Made by a program: the position numbers and the translations under genes. Below, piece after piece: positions 28,383-39,177 of a DNA stretch of 64,000 nucleotides. Under the pieces are notes generated by a model, which saw nothing but the letters and a program-made list of their open reading frames with translations, searched no databases and had not been told where the DNA came from. Origin of the DNA: Candidatus Thorarchaeota archaeon (GTDB lineage Archaea; Asgardarchaeota; Thorarchaeia; Thorarchaeales; Thorarchaeaceae); the NCBI GenBank assembly GCA_029858305.1, contig JAOUFI010000003.1:38662-102661 (forward strand), read 5' to 3'. Positions within the stretch are counted from its first letter, which is position 1. Each line of letters begins with the position of its first letter.

Positions 28383-31193
28383 TTATCCCAAAGTAAACTG
28401 CAAATACTGCACGATGATTGGAGTCACATATGCCTCAATTATCGCGGCTATGATTAAGAAGAAGACAATTAATGCGAATGTTCTCCATGTGCGTTCGTCG
28501 CTGAGAAGTGCTCTTGTCTGAGTTGGCAAGAGACTCCAATCCCTTGATTGCACTGTTTTACTTAAACCCCTAGCAACACGTATTGACAATGCTGCAGCTA
28601 GAAGGAAAACTGGAATCTCGATAATTGCGTGAGGTATAATGCCCGCGAGGAATTCCCAAGCGTTTCCCCCCCAAGTGAGTTTGATAATTGCAATTCCACT
28701 GATTGTCAATGCAGTGGAGAGGACTTCTGCAATGGCAACAGACATGAAACTGAATTTTACATATGTTATGAGGAAGTCCTCTGATTTCACATCATCATGC
28801 TTTGAATTAATTAAACGATATGCTCCTGCAATGAGAACTGGTAGTGCAATGATAGCAATAAGAGTAAATTGATCGTCATATACAAAATACTCGATTGCAA
28901 AGATGAAGATGAACAGTGGGAACCACCAAGCACCTATCCCTTTGCCTTGGAGATACTGAACCATGATATAGCCCAATATGAGTAAGACTGGTATTCCAAA
29001 AATTAACAACGAACTCAAGCCTAGTTGCGTACTGAATCCCCAAATTGAATCATATGGATTGAATAAGCCACTCATGGCATTGAATTGCGTAAGAAGGATA
29101 GATGCTGCCGCCAAGATTACTAACCCGACAACACTTGCAAGTCCCATATTTGACTCACTCTTTGTTTTCTCAGCTCTAGTGAACCATAAAACGGCAGACC
29201 AAAAAACAGGTCCAATCACCAACATGAGCAGTGTTCGAATGATATTATGTTCGGCTATAATCACGAACCAACCACCAGGATCTAATAGAGAGAGACGATC
29301 AACAGGTGGTGGAAGAACACCTTCGAGCCCATCGGGCTTCCCTATTTTTTCCAAAAGCGCTTGGAGTAAATCCCTCACTAGATCAGGATTCTGTATAATG
29401 TATGCCAACATCCAAACTCCAAAGATGGATATAATCAAGCCTCCAACAAACATAAGCATAGAATCAATAATGTCCCGTTTCTCAACATGCAGAAGTGGAC
29501 TGGATTTGTCACCAGTTGTTTCTCGCCATTTATTGCGATTTTCAAAGAAATAGAGAATGAACAACGCAGTGAAGACATAGATGGGAAGACTCACTATGAA
29601 CTGTGATGCAAGTCTCCATAACAACTCAACATCCGTTGGAAGGTCTGGTACGGGTCTTAATCTATTGAAGATCTCTCCTGCATATGTTGCCGGAGTAACT
29701 GAAGCGCCTAGGATGTAATCCATGTCTGGAAGAATAAAGTAAGTTGCAACGGAAACTGTGACTCCTGAAAAGAATGCAAAGGTTTCAGATCCACCCTTTC
29801 CTTTTCCTCTGACAAAGTACCCGAGTAATCCGATTAAAATCATCGCTGCAAAGGGAATGGCTAACATCAACAATGTCCAAGTTGTTGGAGGAATGAGTGA
29901 CAAGTTATTCATTGGAACTGATGCTTCAGGATAGAAACTGGTTGGAGTTGAAATAGAATTCAGAATATATGATACCACACCGTCAACACTACCAGGAAAT
30001 ATCAGGAATCGGTTATCACTAAACAATCCGTATGCAAAGAAGCTCTGAGTGGCATAATTTAGTGTCGAGGCAAATGCAGCTCCTATAAAGGCGCCCGTGA
30101 CAACTACTCCAGTCCCAAGACTTGCAAGTATATTCTTAATTGCGGCAGTCTTGTTACTCAGGCGGATTTTCGAGTGTGCACCTGACAAGCCATCGATTAC
30201 TCTCTTATAGAAGATTGCAGAGAAGTCTTCAGCATAGGGGAGTACAATCACTGCGAAGATGATTGGTGGAGCTGCTAGTAATAGTCCATATCCGTAATAT
30301 AGGGTAAGAATCGTAAAAGCATTTGACACATCTGAAGTAAGAACAGTCAATGCTTGTTCAGCCAAGAGATAGAGTGTAATTAGAATATTGAGTCGAAAGA
30401 ACCATCCGAGAACACCGCGCATCATCTCAGCTCCAAGGTCGCGTTGTCCTAGATGTAGACCAGCAGCCTTAGCTATTCTGTTTGATGCAGGATATCCAAA
30501 TCGATAAATCCAGGTCAGAAAAATAGCAATGTTAAGTAAATAGTTACCTGCCTCTCGATAGAGCGGATTATCAGTTAGGTAATATATGAAGTTTTGAAGA
30601 CTGCCAGTGTAAACTGTAATTGATGGTACAAGGGTTGCTAATCCAATGATGACATAGTCTTTCCAGGCTTGATGCCATGCTTTTTGCTGTACTTTGGGAT
30701 CAAGAGGATTAGGCTCTAGTCCCTCGAAGGTGATGTTGTTTAATCGGTCTCGAAAGCCAGAATAACCATCACTCTCGGGCTCTTTTCCAATAATTCTCTT
30801 AATGAGATTCTTGAAAACCATCTTTAGCGGATCTTGGAAATAGAGTTTGGCGGCAAGAACAAGTATACCAAACAACACAGCAACGAAGGACACCATTATC
30901 CAAATCAGATATTCCTGGAGGGAGACAAAGAACTGGAACAACATATCTGTTATCAATATCCATGACAGCGTTGAAGTATCCACTTCTGCATTGAAGCCTA
31001 TTGGGTATGATAGAGGCTGTATAGCAATTGTCAACAAGAACCATGTGATTGTCTTTACGTACATCAAGATGATGAAGGATTCAATGAGCTTACTCTTCCT
31101 CTTTCCAAAGAAAAGAAGATAGATAAAAGTGACAATCAACGGTGGCACAAACTCTAACACAATCGTTAGCAAAGTAAGGTCTTCCAGAGCCAT
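28383..31193 (-). CDS. Very large polytopic membrane protein with C-terminal SpoIIM/DUF95-like domain
   Basis: Roughly 20 TM helices; C-terminal GIIPHAIIEIP...AAIIEAYVTP signature; start taken at ATG 31193 (MALEDL). Confidence 0.7.
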   Translation of the reverse strand: MALEDLTLLTIVLEFVPPLIVTFIYLLFFGKRKSKLIESFIILMYVKTITWFLLTIAIQPLSYPIGFNAEVDTSTLSWILITDMLFQFFVSLQEYLIWIMVSFVAVLFGILVLAAKLYFQDPLKMVFKNLIKRIIGKEPESDGYSGFRDRLNNITFEGLEPNPLDPKVQQKAWHQAWKDYVIIGLATLVPSITVYTGSLQNFIYYLTDNPLYREAGNYLLNIAIFLTWIYRFGYPASNRIAKAAGLHLGQRDLGAEMMRGVLGWFFRLNILITLYLLAEQALTVLTSDVSNAFTILTLYYGYGLLLAAPPIIFAVIVLPYAEDFSAIFYKRVIDGLSGAHSKIRLSNKTAAIKNILASLGTGVVVTGAFIGAAFASTLNYATQSFFAYGLFSDNRFLIFPGSVDGVVSYILNSISTPTSFYPEASVPMNNLSLIPPTTWTLLMLAIPFAAMILIGLLGYFVRGKGKGGSETFAFFSGVTVSVATYFILPDMDYILGASVTPATYAGEIFNRLRPVPDLPTDVELLWRLASQFIVSLPIYVFTALFILYFFENRNKWRETTGDKSSPLLHVEKRDIIDSMLMFVGGLIISIFGVWMLAYIIQNPDLVRDLLQALLEKIGKPDGLEGVLPPPVDRLSLLDPGGWFVIIAEHNIIRTLLMLVIGPVFWSAVLWFTRAEKTKSESNMGLASVVGLVILAAASILLTQFNAMSGLFNPYDSIWGFSTQLGLSSLLIFGIPVLLILGYIMVQYLQGKGIGAWWFPLFIFIFAIEYFVYDDQFTLIAIIALPVLIAGAYRLINSKHDDVKSEDFLITYVKFSFMSVAIAEVLSTALTISGIAIIKLTWGGNAWEFLAGIIPHAIIEIPVFLLAAALSIRVARGLSKTVQSRDWSLLPTQTRALLSDERTWRTFALIVFFLIIAAIIEAYVTPIIVQYLQFTLG

Positions 31194-31389
31194 TAGTGTA
31201 CACTCCGGTGTGCTGTGAAGAAATACAAGTCCATTCCTATCAAAAAAAGGTTCGTTGCACAGACTTTGGTCTTGACATTGTTTGTTTATACTCATATGCA
31301 CCGTCGTACCGAAAGTTTAAAGATGAAAGAATTAGCTATTGTGAATCACACAACAATCGGAAAAGAAACCGTGAGTTGAGGTGCATTCA

Positions 31390-31941
31390 ATGGAGATTTC
31401 ACAAGAATTAGCAGATGCAATAAATGATCAGATTAATTTCGAACTTTATAGCGCATACATTTACCTGTCAATGGCGGCTTGGTTTGAAGAACACAAATTG
31501 CCAGGGATGGGTCACTGGATGGAAGTACAGGTTGACGAAGAATTCAACCATGCAATGAGGTTCTATAGACATATTGTTGAACGTGGCGGACGCGTTTTGA
31601 TGAAGGCAATAGCTGGTCCAGAAACTGATTGGACATCTCCTCTGGATATCTTTGAAACTGCATACAAACATGAACAAGTAGTTACAGAGAGAATCTATAA
31701 GATTGGCGACGTCGCTGACAAACAAAGAGACAGATCGGCACAAAACATGCTCAATTGGTACTATAATGAGCAGACAGAGGAAGAGAAGAATACCTCAGAA
31801 ATCCGAGATCAACTCAAGATGATTGGGGATAATATACAAGCCCTTCTGATGCTAGATGCAAAGTTGGGAGCCAGACCTCCAGCTGGTCCTGTGCCCCTTA
31901 CTTCAATTATGCCTAACCCAGCCCCTGCAGGGGCTCCATAA
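31390..31941 (+). CDS. ftn: Non-heme ferritin
   Basis: QINFELYSAYIYLSMAAW, EEFNHA, HEQVVTERI, EQTEEE ferroxidase residues. Confidence 0.93.
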   Translation: MEISQELADAINDQINFELYSAYIYLSMAAWFEEHKLPGMGHWMEVQVDEEFNHAMRFYRHIVERGGRVLMKAIAGPETDWTSPLDIFETAYKHEQVVTERIYKIGDVADKQRDRSAQNMLNWYYNEQTEEEKNTSEIRDQLKMIGDNIQALLMLDAKLGARPPAGPVPLTSIMPNPAPAGAP

Positions 31942-31963
31942 GTCGTATTTTATATACAAAAAA

Positions 31964-32002
31964 GCCGGTGGTAGATAACTATCCCGGCAATTTTCCATTT
32001 TT
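31964..32002 (+). terminator. Hairpin terminator after ferritin
   Basis: GCCGG(T)GGTAG-ATAA-CTATCCCGGC flanked by an A6 run and T-rich runs. Confidence 0.5.
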
Positions 32003-32066
32003 TGGCCATCATTGACCGAGACGCATACTCTTTATGTTAGAGTTTCACTCATTTTTTCTAGTGTGA

Positions 32067-34067
32067 GTGAATATTATGCTGCCAGAAGAGATTGTCAAGG
32101 TAGTAGTCGATACTGTGTCAGGAATTCGCGCGAAGGAATATGTATCATCGATTGCATCTTTCCATCGGATTCAAGCGACATCAGGACTGCATGATGCCAT
32201 TATGTATCTGAAGCATGAAATAGCAGGATTTCCAAACGTAGAGCTAAAGCTCTATGAGTATCCAGCAGATGGAAAGACGACCATTGGTACATGGGAGGCC
32301 GTCCACGGTTGGAATGCAAAATCTGGGAAATTACATCTCATTGAACCAGAAGAAATGCTTTTGGCTGATTATACTGCTGAACCTATTTCATTGATTGCGC
32401 ACTCTACTTCAACTGATTTTGAGGGCGATGTTGTCTATATTGGTAAAGGCCTGAGCCCTGAGGACTATAAAGGCAAAGATGTGAAGGGCAAGATTGTTCT
32501 AACAGAAGGTACGGCAAGGATGGTTCACCGAGTGGCATGTATCAAATATGGTGCTGCAGGACTACTAACTTTCGTACCACCTTCAGGTAACGATGAGATT
32601 GCAAGCTTAAGACGTTACGATGCAATCTGGCCATCGGGAGACGAAATAGATAGGACACGATTCGGATTTTCACTCACCCAAGCGGATGGATTGAAGCTTA
32701 AAGGTTGGCTAAACGACGGTAAGACTGTTAAAATCAGAGCAAAGGTAGATGCTAGTATTTCTGATGGTAAGACCGAGGTCTTGTCAGCAGTGATACCAGG
32801 GCAAGATACATCAAAAGAGTTTTGGCTTGCAGCACATATTTGTCATCCAAAACCTGGGGCTAATGATAACGCCTCAGGAAGCGGATCACTGATGGAAGCA
32901 CTTCGAGTCATCTCGTGCTTAGTAAATGAGGGAAAGATTCCAAAGCCCATGTATTCCATTCGATTCATCTGGACACCAGAGTGGTCAGGAACCATTTATT
33001 TCATCGACAGGGAGAAAGAGATACTAAAGCGTTGCAAGGGAATGTTGAACATGGATATGGTAGGTGCAGATCCTGCTAAATCTGGCTCTACGCTCAATCT
33101 TTACAGAACTCCATATACACTGCCGAGTACACTGAATAATGTTGTACGATATTGGCTAAAGACAGAAGCAGGAAGGAAGGATGATAGAACACAAAATGGC
33201 ACTATGACTCCACTTCCGTATAATTACGATAGTTATGCTGCTGGTAGTGATCATTTCATGCTCACTGACAGCACTCTGGGTATTCCAGCAGTGATGTTGA
33301 ATCAATACCCAGATAGATTCTATCACACCTCAACAGATACTACCGATAAGATTGACACACGACAGATGGCCTACGCAACACGCGTGGCATTACTGTCAGC
33401 ACTTTCCCATGTTCTACCCAAATATGTGTATGAAGAAAAACTCCTGATTGAATGTCGGAATGAATTTGTTGAACTCATGGAGAAGGTGACGATAAACGGA
33501 GTGACTGAACTATCCAGATGTCTTGGAAACCCAGAAAAAATCTACCCACGTGTCCTAAGATGGCTTGGACTGATTCACGATTTGGGACAATCAACATTAG
33601 ATAGGGCAGCCGTTGAGTGGTCTCTCATTAGTGAGCAGGAGGCAATTCGACAGGCACTCAAGACTAGTCTACAGATGACCTATACAACAGAGATGGTAAT
33701 TGCTAGAAAGGCTTACGAAGGAGCATGCGCAGAGGTTGGTCTTGAAGCTATGCAGGAAGACCAGATAGTTCTTGATCCTGAGAGTATCGGCGTAGAGGTC
33801 AAACGAATCTACCACTACGCACTAAATCCTACATTCTTACTTCTCAAGTTGGGAGATAAGGCTGAGCACTACTCAGAGATGCGTCACAAGGAAGAGCATT
33901 CATGGGATAGATTCGATGAGATGCTTAACATGGCTACAGATTGGATAAAACTCGATAATGTTTGGGACATGTTATGTCTCCAATTTGGTAACATAGATTC
34001 TGGTGAACTCCTGAAAATCGTTGATGACTTCACCGAGGCAGGCATTATCGAATCAAGGAGAGTGTAG
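32067..34067 (+). CDS. M28-family metallo-aminopeptidase with PA domain (DUF4910-like)
   Basis: PA domain (DVKGKIVL), AHICHP..GANDNASG, PEWSGT, NMDMVG, GSDH, YHTSTD. Confidence 0.85.
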   Translation: MNIMLPEEIVKVVVDTVSGIRAKEYVSSIASFHRIQATSGLHDAIMYLKHEIAGFPNVELKLYEYPADGKTTIGTWEAVHGWNAKSGKLHLIEPEEMLLADYTAEPISLIAHSTSTDFEGDVVYIGKGLSPEDYKGKDVKGKIVLTEGTARMVHRVACIKYGAAGLLTFVPPSGNDEIASLRRYDAIWPSGDEIDRTRFGFSLTQADGLKLKGWLNDGKTVKIRAKVDASISDGKTEVLSAVIPGQDTSKEFWLAAHICHPKPGANDNASGSGSLMEALRVISCLVNEGKIPKPMYSIRFIWTPEWSGTIYFIDREKEILKRCKGMLNMDMVGADPAKSGSTLNLYRTPYTLPSTLNNVVRYWLKTEAGRKDDRTQNGTMTPLPYNYDSYAAGSDHFMLTDSTLGIPAVMLNQYPDRFYHTSTDTTDKIDTRQMAYATRVALLSALSHVLPKYVYEEKLLIECRNEFVELMEKVTINGVTELSRCLGNPEKIYPRVLRWLGLIHDLGQSTLDRAAVEWSLISEQEAIRQALKTSLQMTYTTEMVIARKAYEGACAEVGLEAMQEDQIVLDPESIGVEVKRIYHYALNPTFLLLKLGDKAEHYSEMRHKEEHSWDRFDEMLNMATDWIKLDNVWDMLCLQFGNIDSGELLKIVDDFTEAGIIESRRV

Positions 34068-34070
34068 TCT

Positions 34071-34559
34071 GTGCAAGACGACCACTGGATGTATAATACG
34101 GTCGTCTTTGCAGGCACATTCGATAGACTACACGAAGGACACAAGCATATAATGCGTACAGCCTTCAAATTAGGTCGAAAGGTAGGCATTGGATTAACAA
34201 CAGATAAGATGTTGAGTTCAAAGAGTCAAAGGGAGAGTATCCAGTCTTATGAGGAACGACATAGAGAGATAGAGAAATTTCTCAGGGAAGAATGTGATGT
34301 TGACAGAGCTTCAATATTTCCGATTGATACAAAAGAGGGAGGTGGAGACACCTTAGAGATTCTTGATGCATTAATTGTTTCAGATGAGATTGGAGTTGTG
34401 CAGAATGCATTTGATATCAACCAACTCAGAATCAATAATGGGCTGCGGCGATTTCACATCGTGATAATACCCATGGTGCGATCGCTTGATGGCCGTCCTC
34501 TCTCTTCATCAAGGATTCGAGCTGGCGAAGTTTTCGACGAGGAGAACCTCATCTATTAA
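34071..34559 (+). CDS. coaD: Phosphopantetheine adenylyltransferase (archaeal/eukaryotic type)
   Basis: AGTFDRLHEGH, GLTTD, LIVSDE, IN..R...GL, LSSSRIR. Confidence 0.85.
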   Translation: MQDDHWMYNTVVFAGTFDRLHEGHKHIMRTAFKLGRKVGIGLTTDKMLSSKSQRESIQSYEERHREIEKFLREECDVDRASIFPIDTKEGGGDTLEILDALIVSDEIGVVQNAFDINQLRINNGLRRFHIVIIPMVRSLDGRPLSSSRIRAGEVFDEENLIY

Positions 34560-35818
34560 TCGGGAAACGGAATTGAAGAAAAATACTGAGCCTTGAAGGC
34601 AGGATTATCACTCATCTCCACATAGTTGAGTTGTCTGATAAGCTTCTCAATTTTACTCCTATTATTAGGGATCATCAACAAATCTGCCCCTAGGCTTGCT
34701 CCTTTGCTATATTGCATAATTTTTGCCCTGTCAAATCTAGGAAACATGCCAATTCTGTAGGCGTCTTCAATCTGTAAACCAGAGCCAAAAACACCCGTCA
34801 AATAGAGAGATTGCACATCCATAGTATCCAATTCTGATTCATGAAGAAGAACATCCAATACTCCTCGAATTGCGGCTTTTGATTGTTGAAGCATTCGAAC
34901 ATCGGGCTGTGATATCACAATTGGTTGACCTGTTGCGGATATCTTGTTGTCAGCAAGGATATAGTAAGCAATGTCGCCATCAAGATTTAGCCATCTTGAA
35001 TTTAATTCTCGGTTGAACGAACCTCTTGAGAGTATAATCTTCTTTTCTAGCATTTCTGACAAAGCAGATATTGCTCCAGTACCACAAATGCCACTCGGTT
35101 TCCCTCCACACATGACCTCAATCGTAGGCTTGAATGTTCGGCGATCAATCTCTAAATCGCTGATAGCGCCACAATGCCCGGGCATTCCACATTCCATTGA
35201 CATACCCTCAAAAGCTGGACCTGATGCTGCTGAGGCAATCAAGCTCCCCATTGAAGATTTGACAGCGATTTCTGTGTTCGTACCAACATCAATTGCAATA
35301 TGATTGGTTCTTGATTCGAAAAATCCACTAGCAAGCAACATAGCAGATGCATCAGCCCCAACAAAGGATTCGACAAGGGGAGGAGAATAGCATTCTGCTT
35401 CATCTAAGATAGAAATCCCAACATTTGCTGCACATATTCGTATGGGATTTTTATCGTTTGCAATAAAGGGTGCCTTTGAGAGGGAGTTGACTGCAAGGTC
35501 GAAGAATAAATGGTGCATTACCGTGTTTCCTACAACGGTGACTTGAGTCACTAAGGATGGTTTGAGTTGTTGGTATTTGAGAATTGATGTAATGCCATCT
35601 GCTACAGATGCTCTTATGAGATTAGTGAGTTGTTTTGCATTTTCCTTTTTTCTTATCGCATGACTGATTCTAGAGATGATATCAGCTCCAAATTGCATCT
35701 GAGGATTTTGTACAATTTGTTCAGAAACTACATGCAGGTCACTTAGTCTTACAAGATGAAGGGTAACATGAGTAGTGCCTATATCTACAGAAATTCCATA
35801 TGTATTAGAAGGTGGCAA
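34556..35818 (-). CDS. ASKHA-type ATPase, reductive activator of corrinoid proteins (RACo/DUF4445), lacking the N-terminal ferredoxin
   Basis: VDIGTT, NPQMQFGADIISRI, VGNTVMHHLF, FVGAD, IDVGTNTE, AASGPAFEG, GICGTG, QQSKAAI. Confidence 0.85.
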   Translation of the reverse strand: MPPSNTYGISVDIGTTHVTLHLVRLSDLHVVSEQIVQNPQMQFGADIISRISHAIRKKENAKQLTNLIRASVADGITSILKYQQLKPSLVTQVTVVGNTVMHHLFFDLAVNSLSKAPFIANDKNPIRICAANVGISILDEAECYSPPLVESFVGADASAMLLASGFFESRTNHIAIDVGTNTEIAVKSSMGSLIASAASGPAFEGMSMECGMPGHCGAISDLEIDRRTFKPTIEVMCGGKPSGICGTGAISALSEMLEKKIILSRGSFNRELNSRWLNLDGDIAYYILADNKISATGQPIVISQPDVRMLQQSKAAIRGVLDVLLHESELDTMDVQSLYLTGVFGSGLQIEDAYRIGMFPRFDRAKIMQYSKGASLGADLLMIPNNRSKIEKLIRQLNYVEMSDNPAFKAQYFSSIPFPD

Positions 35819-35853
35819 GTATCAACATCTCACAGGGGATGCGGTTCATGGGA

Positions 35854-36303
35854 CTAGCGAACGATCATCACAGGACACGATGCACTCTTAGAAACCTTAT
35901 CACTGATAGATCCAGTGAATAGACGCTTTATCCCACTGACTCCTCTTGAGCCAATAATGATGAGACTAATTCCTCTCTCGCTCGCAATGTCGATAATTTG
36001 AGCTGCAGGGTCGCCATGAGATATCATATCAATGACTTCGCATCCGCAACTGTTAGCCAGCTTTTTCGCGCGTTCAAGTATATCCTCTCCTAGATTCTGA
36101 AGGGAGATGAATGGCTGGTCTGAAACAGTGTCATGGTATGGTGTTGCAGAAACTACCATGGGTACCACATGAAGTAGAATAACCTCTGCACCCAAAGGAG
36201 GTCCCATAGCACAGGCGTATCGTACTGCTTTCTCAGAATGCGCAGATCCATCCACGGCGACAAGGATGCTCTTTATCGTGATGGGTTCGTTGCTTTCGCT
36301 CAT
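35854..36303 (-). CDS. Universal stress protein
   Basis: ILVAVDGS, GDPA..I, IIIGSRG...GSISDKV...CPVMIVR. Confidence 0.93.
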   Translation of the reverse strand: MSESNEPITIKSILVAVDGSAHSEKAVRYACAMGPPLGAEVILLHVVPMVVSATPYHDTVSDQPFISLQNLGEDILERAKKLANSCGCEVIDMISHGDPAAQIIDIASERGISLIIIGSRGVSGIKRLFTGSISDKVSKSASCPVMIVR

Positions 36304-36463
36304 CTAACACCCTCTGTTGTTTGTCAGATAGTCCTTCAACCTTATCTCTCTTTCTCAAGATGGTCTCTTTTCAAGTACCAAATACACTCGGTTGCTTTGA
36401 GTGAAAGACCCAAATTCAATATCGATTCTAGATTTCATATTAGACCATCAAGAGGATTGAGAT

Positions 36464-36823
36464 ATGGACCTCTACAAAATCAAAACAGAAGATGACGTGA
36501 AACGTGCGACTTTAGAGATACCGGGATATACTGAGTTCGATAGCAGAGTCTATGCTGCAACTTTTCGGATTCCCAAAGGTAAGATCAGCACTTATGGTAG
36601 GATTGCCAAAATGATTGGCAAACCTAAAGCGTACAGAGCGGTAGCGAATTCTCTGCATAAGAATCCACTCTTCCCAGTTGTTGCCTGTCATCGCGTCGTA
36701 AAGGAAGATGGTAGTTTTGGTGGTGACAGGAATAGAGCTCAAGGACGATGTAAGCACTGTCAGGAAGAGGGCGTTCCAATTAATAACGGAAAGGTGAAGA
36801 TGAGTAAAGATATTGTCTTCTGA
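36464..36823 (+). CDS. Methylated-DNA-protein-cysteine methyltransferase family (MGMT/Ogt C-terminal domain only)
   Basis: IPKGKISTYGRIA...YRAVANSL..NP...ACHRVV. Confidence 0.85.
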   Translation: MDLYKIKTEDDVKRATLEIPGYTEFDSRVYAATFRIPKGKISTYGRIAKMIGKPKAYRAVANSLHKNPLFPVVACHRVVKEDGSFGGDRNRAQGRCKHCQEEGVPINNGKVKMSKDIVF

Positions 36824-36907
36824 TTCTTTCTTATGGCACGGAGTTTAACATATGCGTCCTCATCATACTAGACACTCGAACACTAATTGATGACAAGAGA
36901 CATCTCT

Positions 36908-37372
36908 CTAAAGATACTTGGTTTCAGCTTTATGCAAATACCCGCAAGAGGAGCATCTGTATTTCAACGGTCCCACCCACTCTACTAATTCTGAATCCAT
37001 TCTTGCACCACATTGACTGCAGAAAGGCTCTATTTCATAGGATACTGTGGGTTCCCGATATCCTGATTCCTGTATGCTAGAAGAGGGTGTATCATCATAT
37101 TGAGTTGCTACAACTGGATCTCTTTGAATCGAACCTATTTTGCGGGGTTTCCTCACCCATCCGATTATAATGAACAAAAGAAACAGGAACCCAAATCCAG
37201 CAAAGGCAAATGGAACCCAAATAAACAGAGACGGATGTGGTCCTGGACCCCAATCAGGCCAAGAATTAGCGAAGTCAATGAAAGAGAATCCCATAGTAAT
37301 TGCCATGGTGATCCAAATAATCAAAAATCCAACTATCATAATGCGAGCACAATTCGATTCTTTTGACTGCAA
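36908..37372 (-). CDS. 2-TM membrane protein with C-terminal zinc ribbon
   Basis: Two hydrophobic helices; CSQCG...CSSCG. Confidence 0.6.
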   Translation of the reverse strand: MQSKESNCARIMIVGFLIIWITMAITMGFSFIDFANSWPDWGPGPHPSLFIWVPFAFAGFGFLFLLFIIIGWVRKPRKIGSIQRDPVVATQYDDTPSSSIQESGYREPTVSYEIEPFCSQCGARMDSELVEWVGPLKYRCSSCGYLHKAETKYL

Positions 37373-37532
37373 TTCTTTGTGGCTCCCAACTCACTAGATC
37401 GACCTTACCATTTCCCTAACAGATTCTCCGTCTGACATCTTATAGATATTTTTACCCCAGTCTGAAAGAGTTAGATGTAGAATAGAAAATGGATTGTTTG
37501 GGATACAGTTCATATCTCTTTGACCGATTGGA

Positions 37533-39059
37533 TCATTTAAGTGATTCAAAACGTGTGGATCCTCGAATGATCTTTTTCAGAGTCACAATAAGATTGTCCT
37601 TGTGGATTCTAACCTGCTCCATTGAGTCGCGGTCGCGAATAGTGACTGTACCATCTTCCAATGTCGTATAATCGATTGTGATACAGAAGGGTGTACCAAT
37701 CTCATCCTGACGCCTGTACCTCCGACCTATTGAACCTCCCACATCAAATTGTGCGACGAAACCAGCCTCCATGACCGATTCGAATATCTCACGAGAGGGT
37801 ACAAGTAGTTCATCCTTCCCCATGAGAGGGAACACGGCAATCTGTATGGGAGCAACCTCGGGAGGGAATTTGAGCCAGTCTGTGTCACGAATCTCACTCT
37901 CAGGTTGGAAAGAATTATCAAGTAGGCAAAATAGTGGCCTCTCGATACCGAAAGCAATCTCAAGCACATTTGGTACTACAGGTTGCTTGTTCACGCTTAC
38001 ACTTAGTTTTTCCTTCGAGAACTCCTGATGGCGAGTAAGATCGTAATTACCACGGTCGTGAATACCGCAACATTCTACCCAACCAAAACTCTCCGTATGC
38101 ACTTCTACATCCCATGCATCTTTCGCATAATGTGCTCGTTCTGTGGGGAAGTGCTGTCTAAGTCGCAGCTTCTCTTCGGAAAATCCCATGTTCTTGAAGA
38201 TGGAATATGTGAGGTGGACGCACCAGGCATATGCAGGGTTCTGAAAGTGACCTTTCCTAATTGCTTCTGACATCTTCATCTTCAGAGGTTTACTGTCACC
38301 TTTTTGCTGGGTCTGGTATGGTAGCAGCGGGAGTACATCGTTCTTGATATCTTCAAACTGTGGCCAGTTCTTCTCATCCTCTTCAAGAATAAAGATCTGG
38401 CCTTCGGTTTGCGTGAATTCGCGTAGACGGAGCATACCCTGCCTTGGTGAGATTTCATTTCGGTACGCCTTGCCAATCTGAAAAACAGACATTGGAAGTT
38501 TGTCTCTAAAGAAAGTCAGAAAACGTCGAAAGAGCAGATATGTCGTAGTCGCGGTCTCTGGTCGGAGATAGGCTTCCTGATCTAGACCAAGCCGAGTCTT
38601 CAGCATGAGGTTGAATGATTCAACCGCACCCAGTGGACTTTTGCATGAAGGACATGTGATTTTGTGGGTTTTGATAATCTCGGTTAATTCATCAATTGAT
38701 TTTCCTGAAATTTTGGTGCCCTGTAATTGTTCCTCAATAAGATTATCAGCTCGGTAGATCTGTTCGCACTTAGTGCATTGTGTTATTGGATCAATAAATC
38801 CATCCAAGTGACCCGATGCCTTCCAGACCATTGCTGGAGACACGGTTGGACATTCTACCTCCCAGAAGTTCGCACGAACAAAAGAGGCACGAATTTGATT
38901 CTCAAGTCGATTCTTCAGAAGTTTTCCAAGTGGACCCAGGTCGAAGAATCCAGAGCTGCCACCATATATCTCAGGGCTAGGACCCCAGAAGAATCCACGT
39001 TTCTTTGCCAAGCCAGTGATAATCTCATTAAAGTCTCGCTCTGAACTCATTGTACTCAA
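37533..39059 (-). CDS. glyS: Glycyl-tRNA synthetase (archaeal/eukaryotic dimeric type)
   Basis: YLRPETA, GKAYRNEISPRQGMLRLREFTQ, AHYA, GSIGRRYRRQDEIGTP. Confidence 0.96.
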   Translation of the reverse strand: MSTMSSERDFNEIITGLAKKRGFFWGPSPEIYGGSSGFFDLGPLGKLLKNRLENQIRASFVRANFWEVECPTVSPAMVWKASGHLDGFIDPITQCTKCEQIYRADNLIEEQLQGTKISGKSIDELTEIIKTHKITCPSCKSPLGAVESFNLMLKTRLGLDQEAYLRPETATTTYLLFRRFLTFFRDKLPMSVFQIGKAYRNEISPRQGMLRLREFTQTEGQIFILEEDEKNWPQFEDIKNDVLPLLPYQTQQKGDSKPLKMKMSEAIRKGHFQNPAYAWCVHLTYSIFKNMGFSEEKLRLRQHFPTERAHYAKDAWDVEVHTESFGWVECCGIHDRGNYDLTRHQEFSKEKLSVSVNKQPVVPNVLEIAFGIERPLFCLLDNSFQPESEIRDTDWLKFPPEVAPIQIAVFPLMGKDELLVPSREIFESVMEAGFVAQFDVGGSIGRRYRRQDEIGTPFCITIDYTTLEDGTVTIRDRDSMEQVRIHKDNLIVTLKKIIRGSTRFESLK

Positions 39060-39177
39060 CCATCCTGCATGGTCAGTGGTATGTGAAATAAACCCTATGG
39101 TAGTAGTCTCGTTTATTCGAGGGACATTCTTTTATGGAAATGCCGATGTTGAGTATTAATACTATCGAGGTCTAAAG

